Source: a virus
IMG/VR virus record: IMGVR_UViG_3300027791_000007
Location: 84,444-148,443 of that record
Direction: 5' to 3' (one strand)
Length of the DNA: 64,000 nt
In this document: piece after piece, positions 16,891 through 26,767 of the stretch
How the letters are laid out: each line of letters starts with the position of its first letter
Numbering within the stretch: position 1 is the first letter of the stretch
Notes under the pieces: generated by a model
Told to the model about the DNA's origin: nothing
Databases searched by the model: none
Seen by the model: the letters and a program-made list of their open reading frames with translations, nothing else
Program-made: the position numbers and the translations under genes

Positions 16891-19155
16891 TTAGGCAATC
16901 ATTCCCACAAACTTGTTTAATACTGGGCGATTCGCCATCTTATTATTCGCAGATTTCATGAAGGCCTTTTTCAATTCACCAACTTTAGCGTTTGGTGATA
17001 CTTCAAACTCCTCTGATTCTTTCATTGCACCAGCACCAGGCAAGATATAAAATTCATCATAACCTTCCTCTTTACAAACTACTACGTTTTCTTTCTTTAG
17101 TTTTCTGTAAATATCCTTTATAGCATTATAGTCTGTATAACTATGTAGATCGAATTTATCAGAAATAATATTCTTATGAACCATACCTCTTTTTCCAGAA
17201 CCAGCAATAAAGAAACCTACAATATTCATATTAGGCACTCTTTTCTTTAATAACTTGAACATGGCAACAGTTTGTTCATTCCTATATCCATTAGACTTAC
17301 CAATTACAATTTTTGCATTTGTAACTGGGTCAGTGATATGAGTAGTACTTCTACTCCAACCTTGCACTGGTCTAGTAGTTTCAATATCATTACCATCTCT
17401 ATTAGTTATGATTGTGAAAGCATCATCCATTCTGTGACTATATCCATCAGTAAGAAAAACGGTGTGTATTTTTTCAACACCATGTTTTTTCTGAAAGTCT
17501 GGAACAATTTTCATTGCAGCGACAATAGCGTGATTAAGTGGTGTACCACCTAACTGAAACTTGTATGGTGGTGAAATAGGATAACCCTCTTGACTCCAAT
17601 TCCTATAACCCTTCCAAGCCTCGGCCATCATAAACATATAATGCATCATCTCAAACTGTTCTTTTTTCTTCATTGAAGAACTCAAAAAGTTAAACAATTT
17701 CAAATCTTCAATTGATAAATCACCAGACTTAAATTCTTGTTTAAATTGTCCTTCTCTTTTATTTCTAGAACACCTATCTGAAAAAGCATAAACGTCAAAA
17801 GGAATTTTAGTTCTCATACAAAATTCAGTAAGATTAAACAACTGTTTCATAGTACCACTCATATTTTCTTGCATTGATCCAGACCAATCCAAAAAGAAAA
17901 CTAAACCGTGATTTGTCGCACCAGGCACTGTAGTGACTTTAGCGAATAAATCCTCATTGAATTTGTAAGTGTGTAACTTACCCATATCAAGAGTTCCAGT
18001 TTTTGAAGTAGTAGCACGATTATACTGACTTGCAGCTTTTTTCATCTCAAATTCTTTAGTAATATAAGAAACTGTCTTTTTAGAACTTGTAAGAAAATCT
18101 TTCAACTCATCTTGAGTATAAGAGAAAAACCTATCTTGATGATCATTTTTATATTCTTCTCTCAATTCTAGTAGAAGATCAGTTGGTGTTTCAATCAAAT
18201 CTTTAATATTGTTTAGTTTTGGTATCCAAGCATATGTTCTATCTGTTGCAGTACCATCTATAAATTTCTTAGATGCACTCTGATAAGCACTATCTGTAGA
18301 AGCAACAAATGGTTTATCATCAGACTTACCACCTTCTCGACCATTAGATACGACTTCTTTTTTATCGTCCTTTTTGTCCTCTGATTCATTGTCTGCACCA
18401 GAACTACCATTTGGAGTTTGTTCCTCTTGGTCGTCCTTCTGGTCGTCTCCAGCCTCACTCTGGTCATCAGATTCACCGTTTTCTTGGTTATCTTCTTTAC
18501 CTTCACCAGCGTCTGATTTCTGTGGAGTCTGTTCACCAGACTCATTACCGTCACTAGGCATCTGACTCATCTTACCGTCAGCACCAGCACCATCTTGGTC
18601 TGGATCACCTTGGGATTCTTCGTTTTGTTCAATATATTCATATAACTCTTGAGCAAGTTTTAATACTTGTTTAGGAGTCTTAGTTTCATTTGCTTTTTGA
18701 ACCCACTCCATCTCTGCATCAGAAAATGGAACATCAGACACATGTTTAAAATGAAGATTAATTCTATCAATCAAGTTCATTGATTTTAGATGTTTACCTT
18801 GGAGTTTGAAAAAATCCATTTGTAATAATTCAGTATATCCTAGATTGAAACACCTAACACCGCCTGGGTATCTAGATTGTATCATCTTTTCAATTCTAAC
18901 ATCTTCTAGGACATTGACAAAAGAAAAATCAATATTTTTCTTTCTAGCGGTTTCCAACATATCTAATGGAGTCCAAAATGCATGACCTACCTCATGAAGT
19001 GTAAATAAGTCTTGAACACTTTCACTCATATCTTTCCAGATAGGTAAAACCAATTCACGATTTTTAACGTCAAAAGCAGCAGTTTCTACTTTTTTATGAA
19101 CTACATGGATATCTTCTTCTGCAAGTAACTTCGCAAGTCTCGATTTATCTTTCAT
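16891..19155 (-). CDS. HExxH metallopeptidase-like domain, acidic linker and VWA domain (CobT-like partner of the AAA ATPase)
   Basis: HEVGH, NVLEDVRIE, D/E-rich linker, LDWSGSM, GGTPL, FLTDG (MIDAS). Confidence 0.85.
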   Translation of the reverse strand: MKDKSRLAKLLAEEDIHVVHKKVETAAFDVKNRELVLPIWKDMSESVQDLFTLHEVGHAFWTPLDMLETARKKNIDFSFVNVLEDVRIEKMIQSRYPGGVRCFNLGYTELLQMDFFKLQGKHLKSMNLIDRINLHFKHVSDVPFSDAEMEWVQKANETKTPKQVLKLAQELYEYIEQNEESQGDPDQDGAGADGKMSQMPSDGNESGEQTPQKSDAGEGKEDNQENGESDDQSEAGDDQKDDQEEQTPNGSSGADNESEDKKDDKKEVVSNGREGGKSDDKPFVASTDSAYQSASKKFIDGTATDRTYAWIPKLNNIKDLIETPTDLLLELREEYKNDHQDRFFSYTQDELKDFLTSSKKTVSYITKEFEMKKAASQYNRATTSKTGTLDMGKLHTYKFNEDLFAKVTTVPGATNHGLVFFLDWSGSMQENMSGTMKQLFNLTEFCMRTKIPFDVYAFSDRCSRNKREGQFKQEFKSGDLSIEDLKLFNFLSSSMKKKEQFEMMHYMFMMAEAWKGYRNWSQEGYPISPPYKFQLGGTPLNHAIVAAMKIVPDFQKKHGVEKIHTVFLTDGYSHRMDDAFTIITNRDGNDIETTRPVQGWSRSTTHITDPVTNAKIVIGKSNGYRNEQTVAMFKLLKKRVPNMNIVGFFIAGSGKRGMVHKNIISDKFDLHSYTDYNAIKDIYRKLKKENVVVCKEEGYDEFYILPGAGAMKESEEFEVSPNAKVGELKKAFMKSANNKMANRPVLNKFVGMIA

Positions 19156-19271
19156 AGTTTTTCCTCTCAATCATCATCATATATATAAGCTGACACACTT
19201 TTGAGGCAAAGTCAAGTCTTTTTTTCACTTTTTTTCAATTTAAATTTCGCTGTAAAATCAGTGGCTTACTA

Positions 19272-20138
19272 TCACGCCCACTGTTTATTCCATGCCTTAT
19301 ATAGGTATTCTGCCAGATATTTGTGGCCTGATTCGTTTGGATGCGAATCATCTACTCCCATTCTATACTTTTCATGGTGAATTATTGATGATGCTGTATT
19401 TCCACCAATATCTCCAAATATAGGCCAACCAACAAATGTTTCATTATTTATAGAAAGCATATAATCTGTAGTCATTAAATGATCTATTACTTTTCTTCTT
19501 TCTACATTATAATCTTGTTCATCAAACCAAGTAAAAAATGGATTAGTTCCCATAATCTGTAAATATGGTATTTTCTCATTTTCACAAATACTTTGAATTG
19601 CATACCAATATCGTAGACTTTGATTCCACGATGTTTCAATTTGCCATATACCTAACTTTAATGTATTATCTGCAAGGTGGTCAAAATCTGTTGGTGATCT
19701 TTGTAATTGTCTTTGAACTATGCCTGTTATGCCTGTTTCAAAAAATGTTCTATAATGCTGTTCTAGTGGCATATGTGTTTGTCTTTTATTACCAAGAGAT
19801 CGTCTAGGACTCCAATGGAAAAAAGCGCTGTCCGTTATTGAATTATAACCTTTTAAAGCTTTATTATTATGAACTTCAAAATCAATTCTATCTGGTTCAC
19901 TCCACATACAAACCACACCACCAATATTATCAGCATAATTTGTGACATCCACAGCTTTATTGAATATCTGTTGATTACCAGATCCAGATTGACCAAGATT
20001 TATTAAATCCATATCTAAATATTTAGCAAGATGTTCAGGCCATTTGGGCCAATTAGTATCCATATCTGGATAAACAGAACTGTTAAAATTATCATCTGTC
20101 CAGCTATCACCAATACAGACTAAAACTTTTTTCGCCAT
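19272..20138 (-). CDS. SGNH/GDSL hydrolase-fold protein
   Basis: GDSWT, NLGQSGSGN, DSHPNESGH. Confidence 0.8.
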   Translation of the reverse strand: MAKKVLVCIGDSWTDDNFNSSVYPDMDTNWPKWPEHLAKYLDMDLINLGQSGSGNQQIFNKAVDVTNYADNIGGVVCMWSEPDRIDFEVHNNKALKGYNSITDSAFFHWSPRRSLGNKRQTHMPLEQHYRTFFETGITGIVQRQLQRSPTDFDHLADNTLKLGIWQIETSWNQSLRYWYAIQSICENEKIPYLQIMGTNPFFTWFDEQDYNVERRKVIDHLMTTDYMLSINNETFVGWPIFGDIGGNTASSIIHHEKYRMGVDDSHPNESGHKYLAEYLYKAWNKQWA

Positions 20139-20671
20139 TATTTTCTTCCCACAAATTGAATTAGTTGTGAATCACCCTTACTAAACAAATACCAACAACA
20201 ATTATCTTTGCCTGTGGAATTACTGTCTGGTATCCATTGCACTCTACCAATACTTACTATCTTTTTTAAAAGTGGTAGATATTGAACACTCTGTTTAGTA
20301 TGTATCCAATCAGCATCAAACAATAACCATGTAGGTCTAAATGCAGTAAAGTATTCAATCATAGGATGTAATAGTTTTCTATCCCAAGGCGGATTTGTAA
20401 TGATATAATCAGCTTCTAAAAACTCATGTTCACCTAAATCTCTAAAGTGTTTATTAATAATACTTTTTTTCTGTGGTTCAATATCTGATGCCCATGAACA
20501 CCAACCACCTTCCATCAAAGTTTCAATATGATTTACCAATGCACCATCACCAGCACAAGGTTCAGCAAATGCAAACTCCTCTGGTAAATGTGGAACAAGA
20601 GGTTCTACTGCTTGCCAAGGTGTAGGATAAAAATCCCTCTCGACTCTTTCAAAATCACTCCTCTTACCCAT
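20138..20671 (-). CDS. Small DNA amino-methyltransferase (N6-adenine type)
   Basis: DFYPTP, EPCAGDG (SAM binding), ITNPPW (catalytic). Confidence 0.85.
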   Translation of the reverse strand: MGKRSDFERVERDFYPTPWQAVEPLVPHLPEEFAFAEPCAGDGALVNHIETLMEGGWCSWASDIEPQKKSIINKHFRDLGEHEFLEADYIITNPPWDRKLLHPMIEYFTAFRPTWLLFDADWIHTKQSVQYLPLLKKIVSIGRVQWIPDSNSTGKDNCCWYLFSKGDSQLIQFVGRK

Positions 20672-22377
20672 TAAGTAGCAACATGACTAAAGTTTCTTAT
20701 CTTTTCAAATCTTATTGAGTTTCTAAATTTGTCTGTTAATTGGTCACCCTTATGTGATATAACAAATATGTTTTCATTTTCTAAAGTTCCCAGTATTTTT
20801 AAGAACTCTTCTGTTCCAGTTCCATCTAGTGAACTATCAAATATTTCATCAAGTATTAATAGATTAGTATTCGTAGAGTTTTTCATTTTTGCAATTGCAC
20901 GCCAAGTAAATAGTAATGCGAGGTCTATTCGCATTTTCTCACCCTCACTAAATGAAGCATAATTAAAATCATCACGGAATCTAGACTTAATAGTTTCATT
21001 AAAGTTTTCATCTAAATTAAAGTTTACATAAAATTCCATAGATTGTAAGTAAGCATTAATTAGTTTATTCATGATAGGAAGATACTGTTTAATAATCTTA
21101 GTCTTGATTCCAGTATCTTGTAACATTGCTTTTGCAGCTTCATTATATTGTTGTTCATCTTTTAAAGATGATTGTTGTTTATCTAACTCATCTAATTTAG
21201 TCTGTAAATTATCTAGATTAGATTCATCTGCTGACTTTTCTTTGTTGTCCAGTTGTGTTAGTTCAGTTTCCAGTTTAATATTAAACTTCTCCAATTCAGA
21301 TTTAGAATATCCTATTGATGAAATCTCCACATCCAACTCTCTAATTTTATTAGAGTTAGACTCTATTTCTGATTGTCTCTTTTGTGTATTCTCCATCTCT
21401 ACTTTAAGCTGTTTCATACCATCTTCTAATTCTTCAAGTTGTCCTTGTTTATTAAACAGTACTTCGTCCTTAAACGATTGACTAATTTCTTGGTCACATG
21501 TTGGACAACTTTCATTATCTTTGAAAAATTGAGCAGAGTTACTATGACTTTTGTGTTTTTCTACTAATGTAGCCCGAATACCCAACATCTTTTGCAATTT
21601 TTGTTCTATCTTACTTGCATCTGAAATCTTTACTAGATATTCTTCTTTTGTAGATTTTAAACTATTAATTTGACTTTCTCTTCTAACTATCTCTTTTTCG
21701 TTTTGTTCTATCTGTCTCTTCTTATCAGTTCGTATCTTTGCTTTCTCGCTTTTACTTTCATTGATATACTTACTAGATAAATCAAATTCTGTTTGTGTAA
21801 CCTCAAACTTATGTGAAACTTCTCTAGTTTCATCTACAATATTCTTTATGTGTGTTTTTACAATCATATTCATCATTGAAAAGATTTTTATATCTAATAT
21901 CTCTTCAACAACTTCTCTTCTTTTCATTGCTTTAAGTTGCATAAACGGAGCCCATGATGCACTTCCAAGAATAACTACTTGTGTAAATGAACCATAGTTT
22001 AGTTTTAGAATTTGTTGTTCTAGTATCTTTTGATAATCTCTAGCATGCGCTTCTTGATTCACCATTACATCATCACAATAGATTTCAAACTTATTTGGTT
22101 TGATACTTCTAAATATTTTGTAGTTTTTTGTTCCGATTTGAAATGTAACTTCTACTTCTGTACCACTACCATTAATAGAATTAATCAATTGATTTTTACT
22201 AATCACTCTAAATGGTTTACCAAACAAACCAAAACATAGTGCATCCAGTATTGTAGACTTACCAGCACCGTTATCTCCAACAATAAGTGTTTGTGGGTTT
22301 CTGTCTAAATCAATACTTGTACTAGTATTGCCAGTTGATAAAAAATTCTTCCACTTCACATTCTTAAATATAATCAA
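20671..22377 (-). CDS. gp46: Recombination exonuclease ATPase subunit gp46 (Rad50/SbcC-like)
   Basis: WKNFLSTGN, GDNGAGKS, CPTC hook, FSEGEK, LDE. Confidence 0.97.
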   Translation of the reverse strand: MIIFKNVKWKNFLSTGNTSTSIDLDRNPQTLIVGDNGAGKSTILDALCFGLFGKPFRVISKNQLINSINGSGTEVEVTFQIGTKNYKIFRSIKPNKFEIYCDDVMVNQEAHARDYQKILEQQILKLNYGSFTQVVILGSASWAPFMQLKAMKRREVVEEILDIKIFSMMNMIVKTHIKNIVDETREVSHKFEVTQTEFDLSSKYINESKSEKAKIRTDKKRQIEQNEKEIVRRESQINSLKSTKEEYLVKISDASKIEQKLQKMLGIRATLVEKHKSHSNSAQFFKDNESCPTCDQEISQSFKDEVLFNKQGQLEELEDGMKQLKVEMENTQKRQSEIESNSNKIRELDVEISSIGYSKSELEKFNIKLETELTQLDNKEKSADESNLDNLQTKLDELDKQQSSLKDEQQYNEAAKAMLQDTGIKTKIIKQYLPIMNKLINAYLQSMEFYVNFNLDENFNETIKSRFRDDFNYASFSEGEKMRIDLALLFTWRAIAKMKNSTNTNLLILDEIFDSSLDGTGTEEFLKILGTLENENIFVISHKGDQLTDKFRNSIRFEKIRNFSHVAT

Positions 22378-22706
22378 ACTGGTATCCCCCTAATCTCTGT
22401 TGCAGATATACTTTCAATTTCTTCATCAAGTTTTTCTTGTTCAATCTTATAACCAACATCTCTGCCATATGTAATATTAACAATATTAGGAACATTCATA
22501 ATAATATAGTCAACATCATATAAGAAACCAGCATTAGATAGTTTGATTTTTACATCCACACTGTCATGATACCCTTCACCAGTATCACGAACCATTATTG
22601 CAACTTGGCCAGTCTTTGAATGAGCTCTTTTGAAAAGCTCTGTGTGTCCATCGTGCCAAGGCTGAAACCTTCCAAGCATTTGTACAGTTGGTTTTCGGCT
22701 ATCCAT
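22374..22706 (-). CDS. HxGH-type nucleotidyltransferase (cytidylyltransferase-like)
   Basis: LGRFQPWHDGH, ISATEIR. Confidence 0.85.
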   Translation of the reverse strand: MDSRKPTVQMLGRFQPWHDGHTELFKRAHSKTGQVAIMVRDTGEGYHDSVDVKIKLSNAGFLYDVDYIIMNVPNIVNITYGRDVGYKIEQEKLDEEIESISATEIRGIPV

Positions 22707-23053
22707 TTTGTTATCCTTATGTCTGCTATTTTAATAGGTGGTTTGAACAGAGCATCAGTATCTTTATACGGTGATGCTTGTACGGTATCCATCCAGATCA
22801 ATATATCTGGTCTAAAGTTATTTCTTAATGCTGGTAGTGGACAAATAAATGCACTAATACTTACTGGGTCTAACTCTGCAAGTGTTCTCATCCTATTAGC
22901 TTGAATGGCTCTTCCTTGAATAGAAAAATCCCAATCATTGTATATTTTTCTTACTACATCAGCATCCCAAGTAGGAACAGATAACTCTTTTCCCAATCTA
23001 TTTGCTAACCAAGTTTTTCCACTATTGGGTAAACCCATAATCAAAATTTTCAT
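22595..23053 (-). CDS. Adenylylsulfate (APS) kinase-like P-loop kinase
   Basis: MGLPNSGKT, DADVVR, WDFS..GR..QANRM, FICP, WMDT. Confidence 0.75.
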   Translation of the reverse strand: MKILIMGLPNSGKTWLANRLGKELSVPTWDADVVRKIYNDWDFSIQGRAIQANRMRTLAELDPVSISAFICPLPALRNNFRPDILIWMDTVQASPYKDTDALFKPPIKIADIRITKWIAENQLYKCLEGFSLGTMDTQSFSKELIQRLAKLQ

Positions 23054-23063
23054 AATATTTTTC

Positions 23064-24125
23064 TCATATTTCTAAGTCTTGTGCTTCTGTGTATAGTTGT
23101 TTCATAATGTATTTTAGTTTCTTTTTATTTAAGTCAATTGATAAGTCATCTACATACCTATCCAAAATTGTAAGTGTGTCTTGTGTTCCTTCTACAATTT
23201 CATCTGATACATTGTTAGCATTTAATTCTGAAAAATCTTCTACAATTTTTACTTCGTGAGCATCTGCTTTTAAAAGTTTCTCCGTAAACTTATCAAATGT
23301 ATACAAGTCTTTCTTATTTACAACAATCAATTTTACATACTTACTTGCATATTGTGTGAAATCGTGATTATCATAATCCTTCATAGAATCATCATAGTAA
23401 ATCTTTTGGAATATCTGAAAAGGGTTCTCTATTCTAGTTAGTTCTCTAGTTTCAGTATCAAAAATATGAAATCCTTTCGGACACCCATAGTCACTCCATG
23501 TCATCTGATATGGTGTTCCCAAATAAAATACTTGTCCATCATCTGATTTCTTGTGAAAGTGACCAGAAAATACAGTATCAAATTTCTTAAACTCTTTCTT
23601 TTCCCATCCAGTTTCCGATACATGTCCAGCATGCATTTCAAAACCTTTAAGTTCTAGATGAGACATACAAACTGTTGCTGGTGTTTTATCAATCATACCA
23701 AAAGAATATATTTCATTTTGTGGATTAATCCAAGGCAACATGAGAATAGGCATACCATCAAAGTCCACTGTTTCTGCTTCTGAATACATTTTAATATTTT
23801 TATAATGTGTGCCTATAAGTTCTTGTAAAGAATTTACTTCGTTTGTATTTTTGAAATAAATATCATGATTACCAACCAACATATGTAAGTTGACATCTAA
23901 AACATTGAATGGTAAAAGAAATCTCTCTCTAAAGTTCTTTGCAGTTCTATAAGAAATATATTTTCTTCTATCCATTACATCGCCGAGATGGATACAATGC
24001 TTTATGTTATGTTGTTGCAGATATGGGAAAAATATTCCTTCATAAAACTTGTAGAAATATTCATCAAAAAATATATTATCATTTCTTGCACCAAAATGAG
24101 TATCAGTTACTAAAGCGATTTTCAT
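23064..24125 (-). CDS. gp47: Recombination exonuclease nuclease subunit gp47 (Mre11/SbcD-like)
   Basis: TDTHFG, HLGD, GNHD, SGHFH. Confidence 0.97.
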   Translation of the reverse strand: MKIALVTDTHFGARNDNIFFDEYFYKFYEGIFFPYLQQHNIKHCIHLGDVMDRRKYISYRTAKNFRERFLLPFNVLDVNLHMLVGNHDIYFKNTNEVNSLQELIGTHYKNIKMYSEAETVDFDGMPILMLPWINPQNEIYSFGMIDKTPATVCMSHLELKGFEMHAGHVSETGWEKKEFKKFDTVFSGHFHKKSDDGQVFYLGTPYQMTWSDYGCPKGFHIFDTETRELTRIENPFQIFQKIYYDDSMKDYDNHDFTQYASKYVKLIVVNKKDLYTFDKFTEKLLKADAHEVKIVEDFSELNANNVSDEIVEGTQDTLTILDRYVDDLSIDLNKKKLKYIMKQLYTEAQDLEI

Positions 24126-24286
24126 ATATTGAAGGGCCCTTCTATTTCTTTTTTACGATATACTAATACAAATGCATCACAGTTTTTACATGAAAGATTT
24201 GTTTCCATATCATATTCATCCTCTAAATCATCCATATCATTATCTCCACCCCATATTAATTCGGTGTTACAGAAATAACACTTCAT
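24122..24286 (-). CDS. 54-aa zinc-ribbon protein (below the ORF-track cutoff)
   Basis: MKCYFCNTELIWGGDND...LSCKNCDAFVLVY; ATGA overlaps with both gp55 and gp47. Confidence 0.75.
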   Translation of the reverse strand: MKCYFCNTELIWGGDNDMDDLEDEYDMETNLSCKNCDAFVLVYRKKEIEGPFNI

Positions 24287-24837
24287 ATCTGGGTTTCCTC
24301 TTCTTCATCCATAAAATTCTCTAATCCAACTCTTTTCTTATCAGATTCATCTTTTTTCTTCTTTGGTTTGTATACTGCTTCTTCTGGCACCATTACATTT
24401 GGGTCAAATCCTACAACGCTGTACTTTGAAGTATCTCCGTCAATAGTATCAAAAGGAACGTACTCTTGTTTTGAAATTAATTGGTGTTTAACATGTGTCT
24501 GTTTTTTTTCTTTTGCAATTCGTCTAAGAAATGCATAGTAGATAATTTGTGTAAAATATGCAAATGGGTTGCTTGATTTTTCTGGATTGAAATTGTGTAA
24601 ATATTGTAAACAATTTTCAATGCCGTCTGCAACCATTTCATCTTTATATGTGTAATTGATAAAGTTAGGACGATATGATAACCCTTGTGCTATCTTTAAA
24701 AAGCATGTTCCAATGTAATTGGATATTGCTGGTTTATCATCTGTTTCTTCCATCTCTAAACATAGTTGCTTATATTCCTTCATCGCTTGAAGAAACTTCT
24801 TATTGTCTACATAGTGTGGTTTTTGTTTTTTAATCAT
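24283..24837 (-). CDS. gp55: Late-transcription sigma factor gp55
   Basis: HYVDNKKF, PNFINYTY, NPFAYFTQIIYYAFLRRI. Confidence 0.97.
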   Translation of the reverse strand: MIKKQKPHYVDNKKFLQAMKEYKQLCLEMEETDDKPAISNYIGTCFLKIAQGLSYRPNFINYTYKDEMVADGIENCLQYLHNFNPEKSSNPFAYFTQIIYYAFLRRIAKEKKQTHVKHQLISKQEYVPFDTIDGDTSKYSVVGFDPNVMVPEEAVYKPKKKKDESDKKRVGLENFMDEEEETQI

Positions 24838-24864
24838 CCTAATATATCCTTGTAGTTAGGTCTT

Positions 24865-24893
24865 ATACTACATCAATTTGGGGCTGTTGTCAA
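24865..24893 (-). promoter_or_regulatory. sigma70-type promoter for gp55
   Basis: TTGACA (24893-24888), 17 nt, TAGTAT (24870-24865). Confidence 0.7.
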
Positions 24894-24903
24894 GTCTTTT
24901 TTG

Positions 24904-25326
24904 TTAATGGAGTGTTTTTTTTGTGACTAAATCACCATACAAATCTTGCCACTCTTCTGTAGTATCAAACTCTTCAAAAGCTTCTTCTGCTAACAAGTCT
25001 GAATCTTTAGGGGGGCCCCATTCTTCTGGTTTCATATTATCCATTTTTGCTACAACATACTCGTAATACTTACTCAATCCAGCTGAGGCGTCTATTCGCA
25101 TAGTAACCGAATCACTTGGTATGATATGTGTTTTGTCATCTGAAAATGGTTGTAACCATCTAGACAATCCTAAAGTTTCCATGAATCCCTTTGGGGAATG
25201 TTTAGAAAATAAATCCATTTTCATTGGGTCAGAAATCTCATAATGATCGTCTGTAGTTTCGATTACTTTACATATTACATCTTCACCATTATTTAATTTA
25301 AAAATATGATATATCTCATTACTCAT
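24904..25326 (-). CDS. Sm-like conserved phage protein downstream of uvsW
   Basis: FKLNNGEDVICKV...P...W pattern; conserved position. Confidence 0.6.
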   Translation of the reverse strand: MSNEIYHIFKLNNGEDVICKVIETTDDHYEISDPMKMDLFSKHSPKGFMETLGLSRWLQPFSDDKTHIIPSDSVTMRIDASAGLSKYYEYVVAKMDNMKPEEWGPPKDSDLLAEEAFEEFDTTEEWQDLYGDLVTKKTLH

Positions 25327-26767
25327 GTAATTTTACCTTTTCTACTGTATAATTTAATTGTTCTGTCTTGTATATATTTAGTCTCTGTTGAAAATGTCTA
25401 TAAGTGAAATTCTGTCTGCTTAGATATGATATATCGTCTGCAATATCAAAGATTAAAACGGAATCTTTATTATCGCCCTTACGCAGCCCACGTCCAATTG
25501 ATTGGAGCACTCGTACCCTACTTTTACTTGGTGATGCGAACACGATGTTGTGAAGATTGCGAATATTGATGCCTGTAGAAAACGTACCATAAGAAGCAAT
25601 AATGATTGCGTTCTTTTCTTTTTCAACAATGCCTCGTATACTTTCTCTAGTTTTAGTTTCTGTATTACCATAAACAAAAAATACCTTCTTATCTCCATCC
25701 TTCATCATATCATAAAGAGGTTTACCGTGTTTCTCTACAAGTTGAAAAAGGATTAATGTGTTACCCTTTACAGTTTCGCCTAATGTTTTAATAAAATTAT
25801 TTCGTTTTGCATGTGAAACAATATAATTCATTTCTTCTTGATAATCGTATTTTTTAACTCGCTTACAATCTTCCTTATCATGTTTCAAGACAATACAGTT
25901 AATATTTAGTTGTGAAAGAGTTCCTTTATCAATTAATTCTTTAGTGGTAGTCACTTTATTAACAGTACCAAAAAGTCCTTCTAAAATTAATTGATGTGTT
26001 TCCATACCATCTAAAGTTCCAGTAAATCCAAATCTATATTTACATTCTGTAAGAAAAGTCATAATCTTAGTAAGACTTTTAGATTTAAACAAATGGGCCT
26101 CATCCCCTATCACACAACCAAATTGATTAAAGTAGGTTCTAGGCATCTTGTAAATTGACTGCCAAGTTGAAATAACTATAGGTAACTCTGTATCTTTATC
26201 GTGTCCAGAATATATCTTATGTAGTTTAGTTCTATCCATACCATAAGAAACAAAATCTCCATACATTTGTTCTACTAAAGATGTGGTTGGAACTATGATT
26301 AATATCTTCTTTTCTTGTAATAATTGATAATATCTAGTTAAGATATATATTATTAATGATTTGCCCGAAGCAGTAGGACTAACAAGAAAACACCTATTTT
26401 TTGATATAGCATGTTGGATAGCATCAAGTTGATAGTCTCGCATAACGATGGTCTTTGGTAGTATGGAGGTGGCAAATTTTCCCACATCCTCACGAATAAC
26501 ATTCCGTTCATTGTCGAATCCTTCCAATGTTAAATTAATTTGATTATTATCACAAAAGCGCTTGACATAGGCCACTAAGCCAGTATATAATGAACTTGTT
26601 CTTAGTTCATATAACCTTATCTTTCCATCCCATAACCTTCTTCTGTAATGTGGCATATACCTTGCGCCTGGTACGTCAAAGGTAAAAAAGTCTTTAAGGT
26701 TGTGTTCAACATCTTCATCAACTTCACTTACTTTCATAAACACTTCATTCTTTTTAATTAGTTTCAT
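25319..26767 (-). CDS. uvsW: UvsW SF2 helicase
   Basis: RDYQ, SPTASGKS, GDEAH, QSIGRGLR. Confidence 0.97.
   Translation of the reverse strand: MKLIKKNEVFMKVSEVDEDVEHNLKDFFTFDVPGARYMPHYRRRLWDGKIRLYELRTSSLYTGLVAYVKRFCDNNQINLTLEGFDNERNVIREDVGKFATSILPKTIVMRDYQLDAIQHAISKNRCFLVSPTASGKSLIIYILTRYYQLLQEKKILIIVPTTSLVEQMYGDFVSYGMDRTKLHKIYSGHDKDTELPIVISTWQSIYKMPRTYFNQFGCVIGDEAHLFKSKSLTKIMTFLTECKYRFGFTGTLDGMETHQLILEGLFGTVNKVTTTKELIDKGTLSQLNINCIVLKHDKEDCKRVKKYDYQEEMNYIVSHAKRNNFIKTLGETVKGNTLILFQLVEKHGKPLYDMMKDGDKKVFFVYGNTETKTRESIRGIVEKEKNAIIIASYGTFSTGINIRNLHNIVFASPSKSRVRVLQSIGRGLRKGDNKDSVLIFDIADDISYLSRQNFTYRHFQQRLNIYKTEQLNYTVEKVKLHE

Noticed and set aside
18340-18640. Low-complexity acidic stretch as a DNA repeat element
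   Set aside because: It encodes the D/E/Q-rich linker of the peptidase-VWA protein; there is no exact nucleotide periodicity.
15612-19155. Cobalamin biosynthesis (cobS/cobT) as an auxiliary metabolic pathway
   Set aside because: No CobN or other cob genes are present; a generic MoxR/VWA pair explains the motifs.
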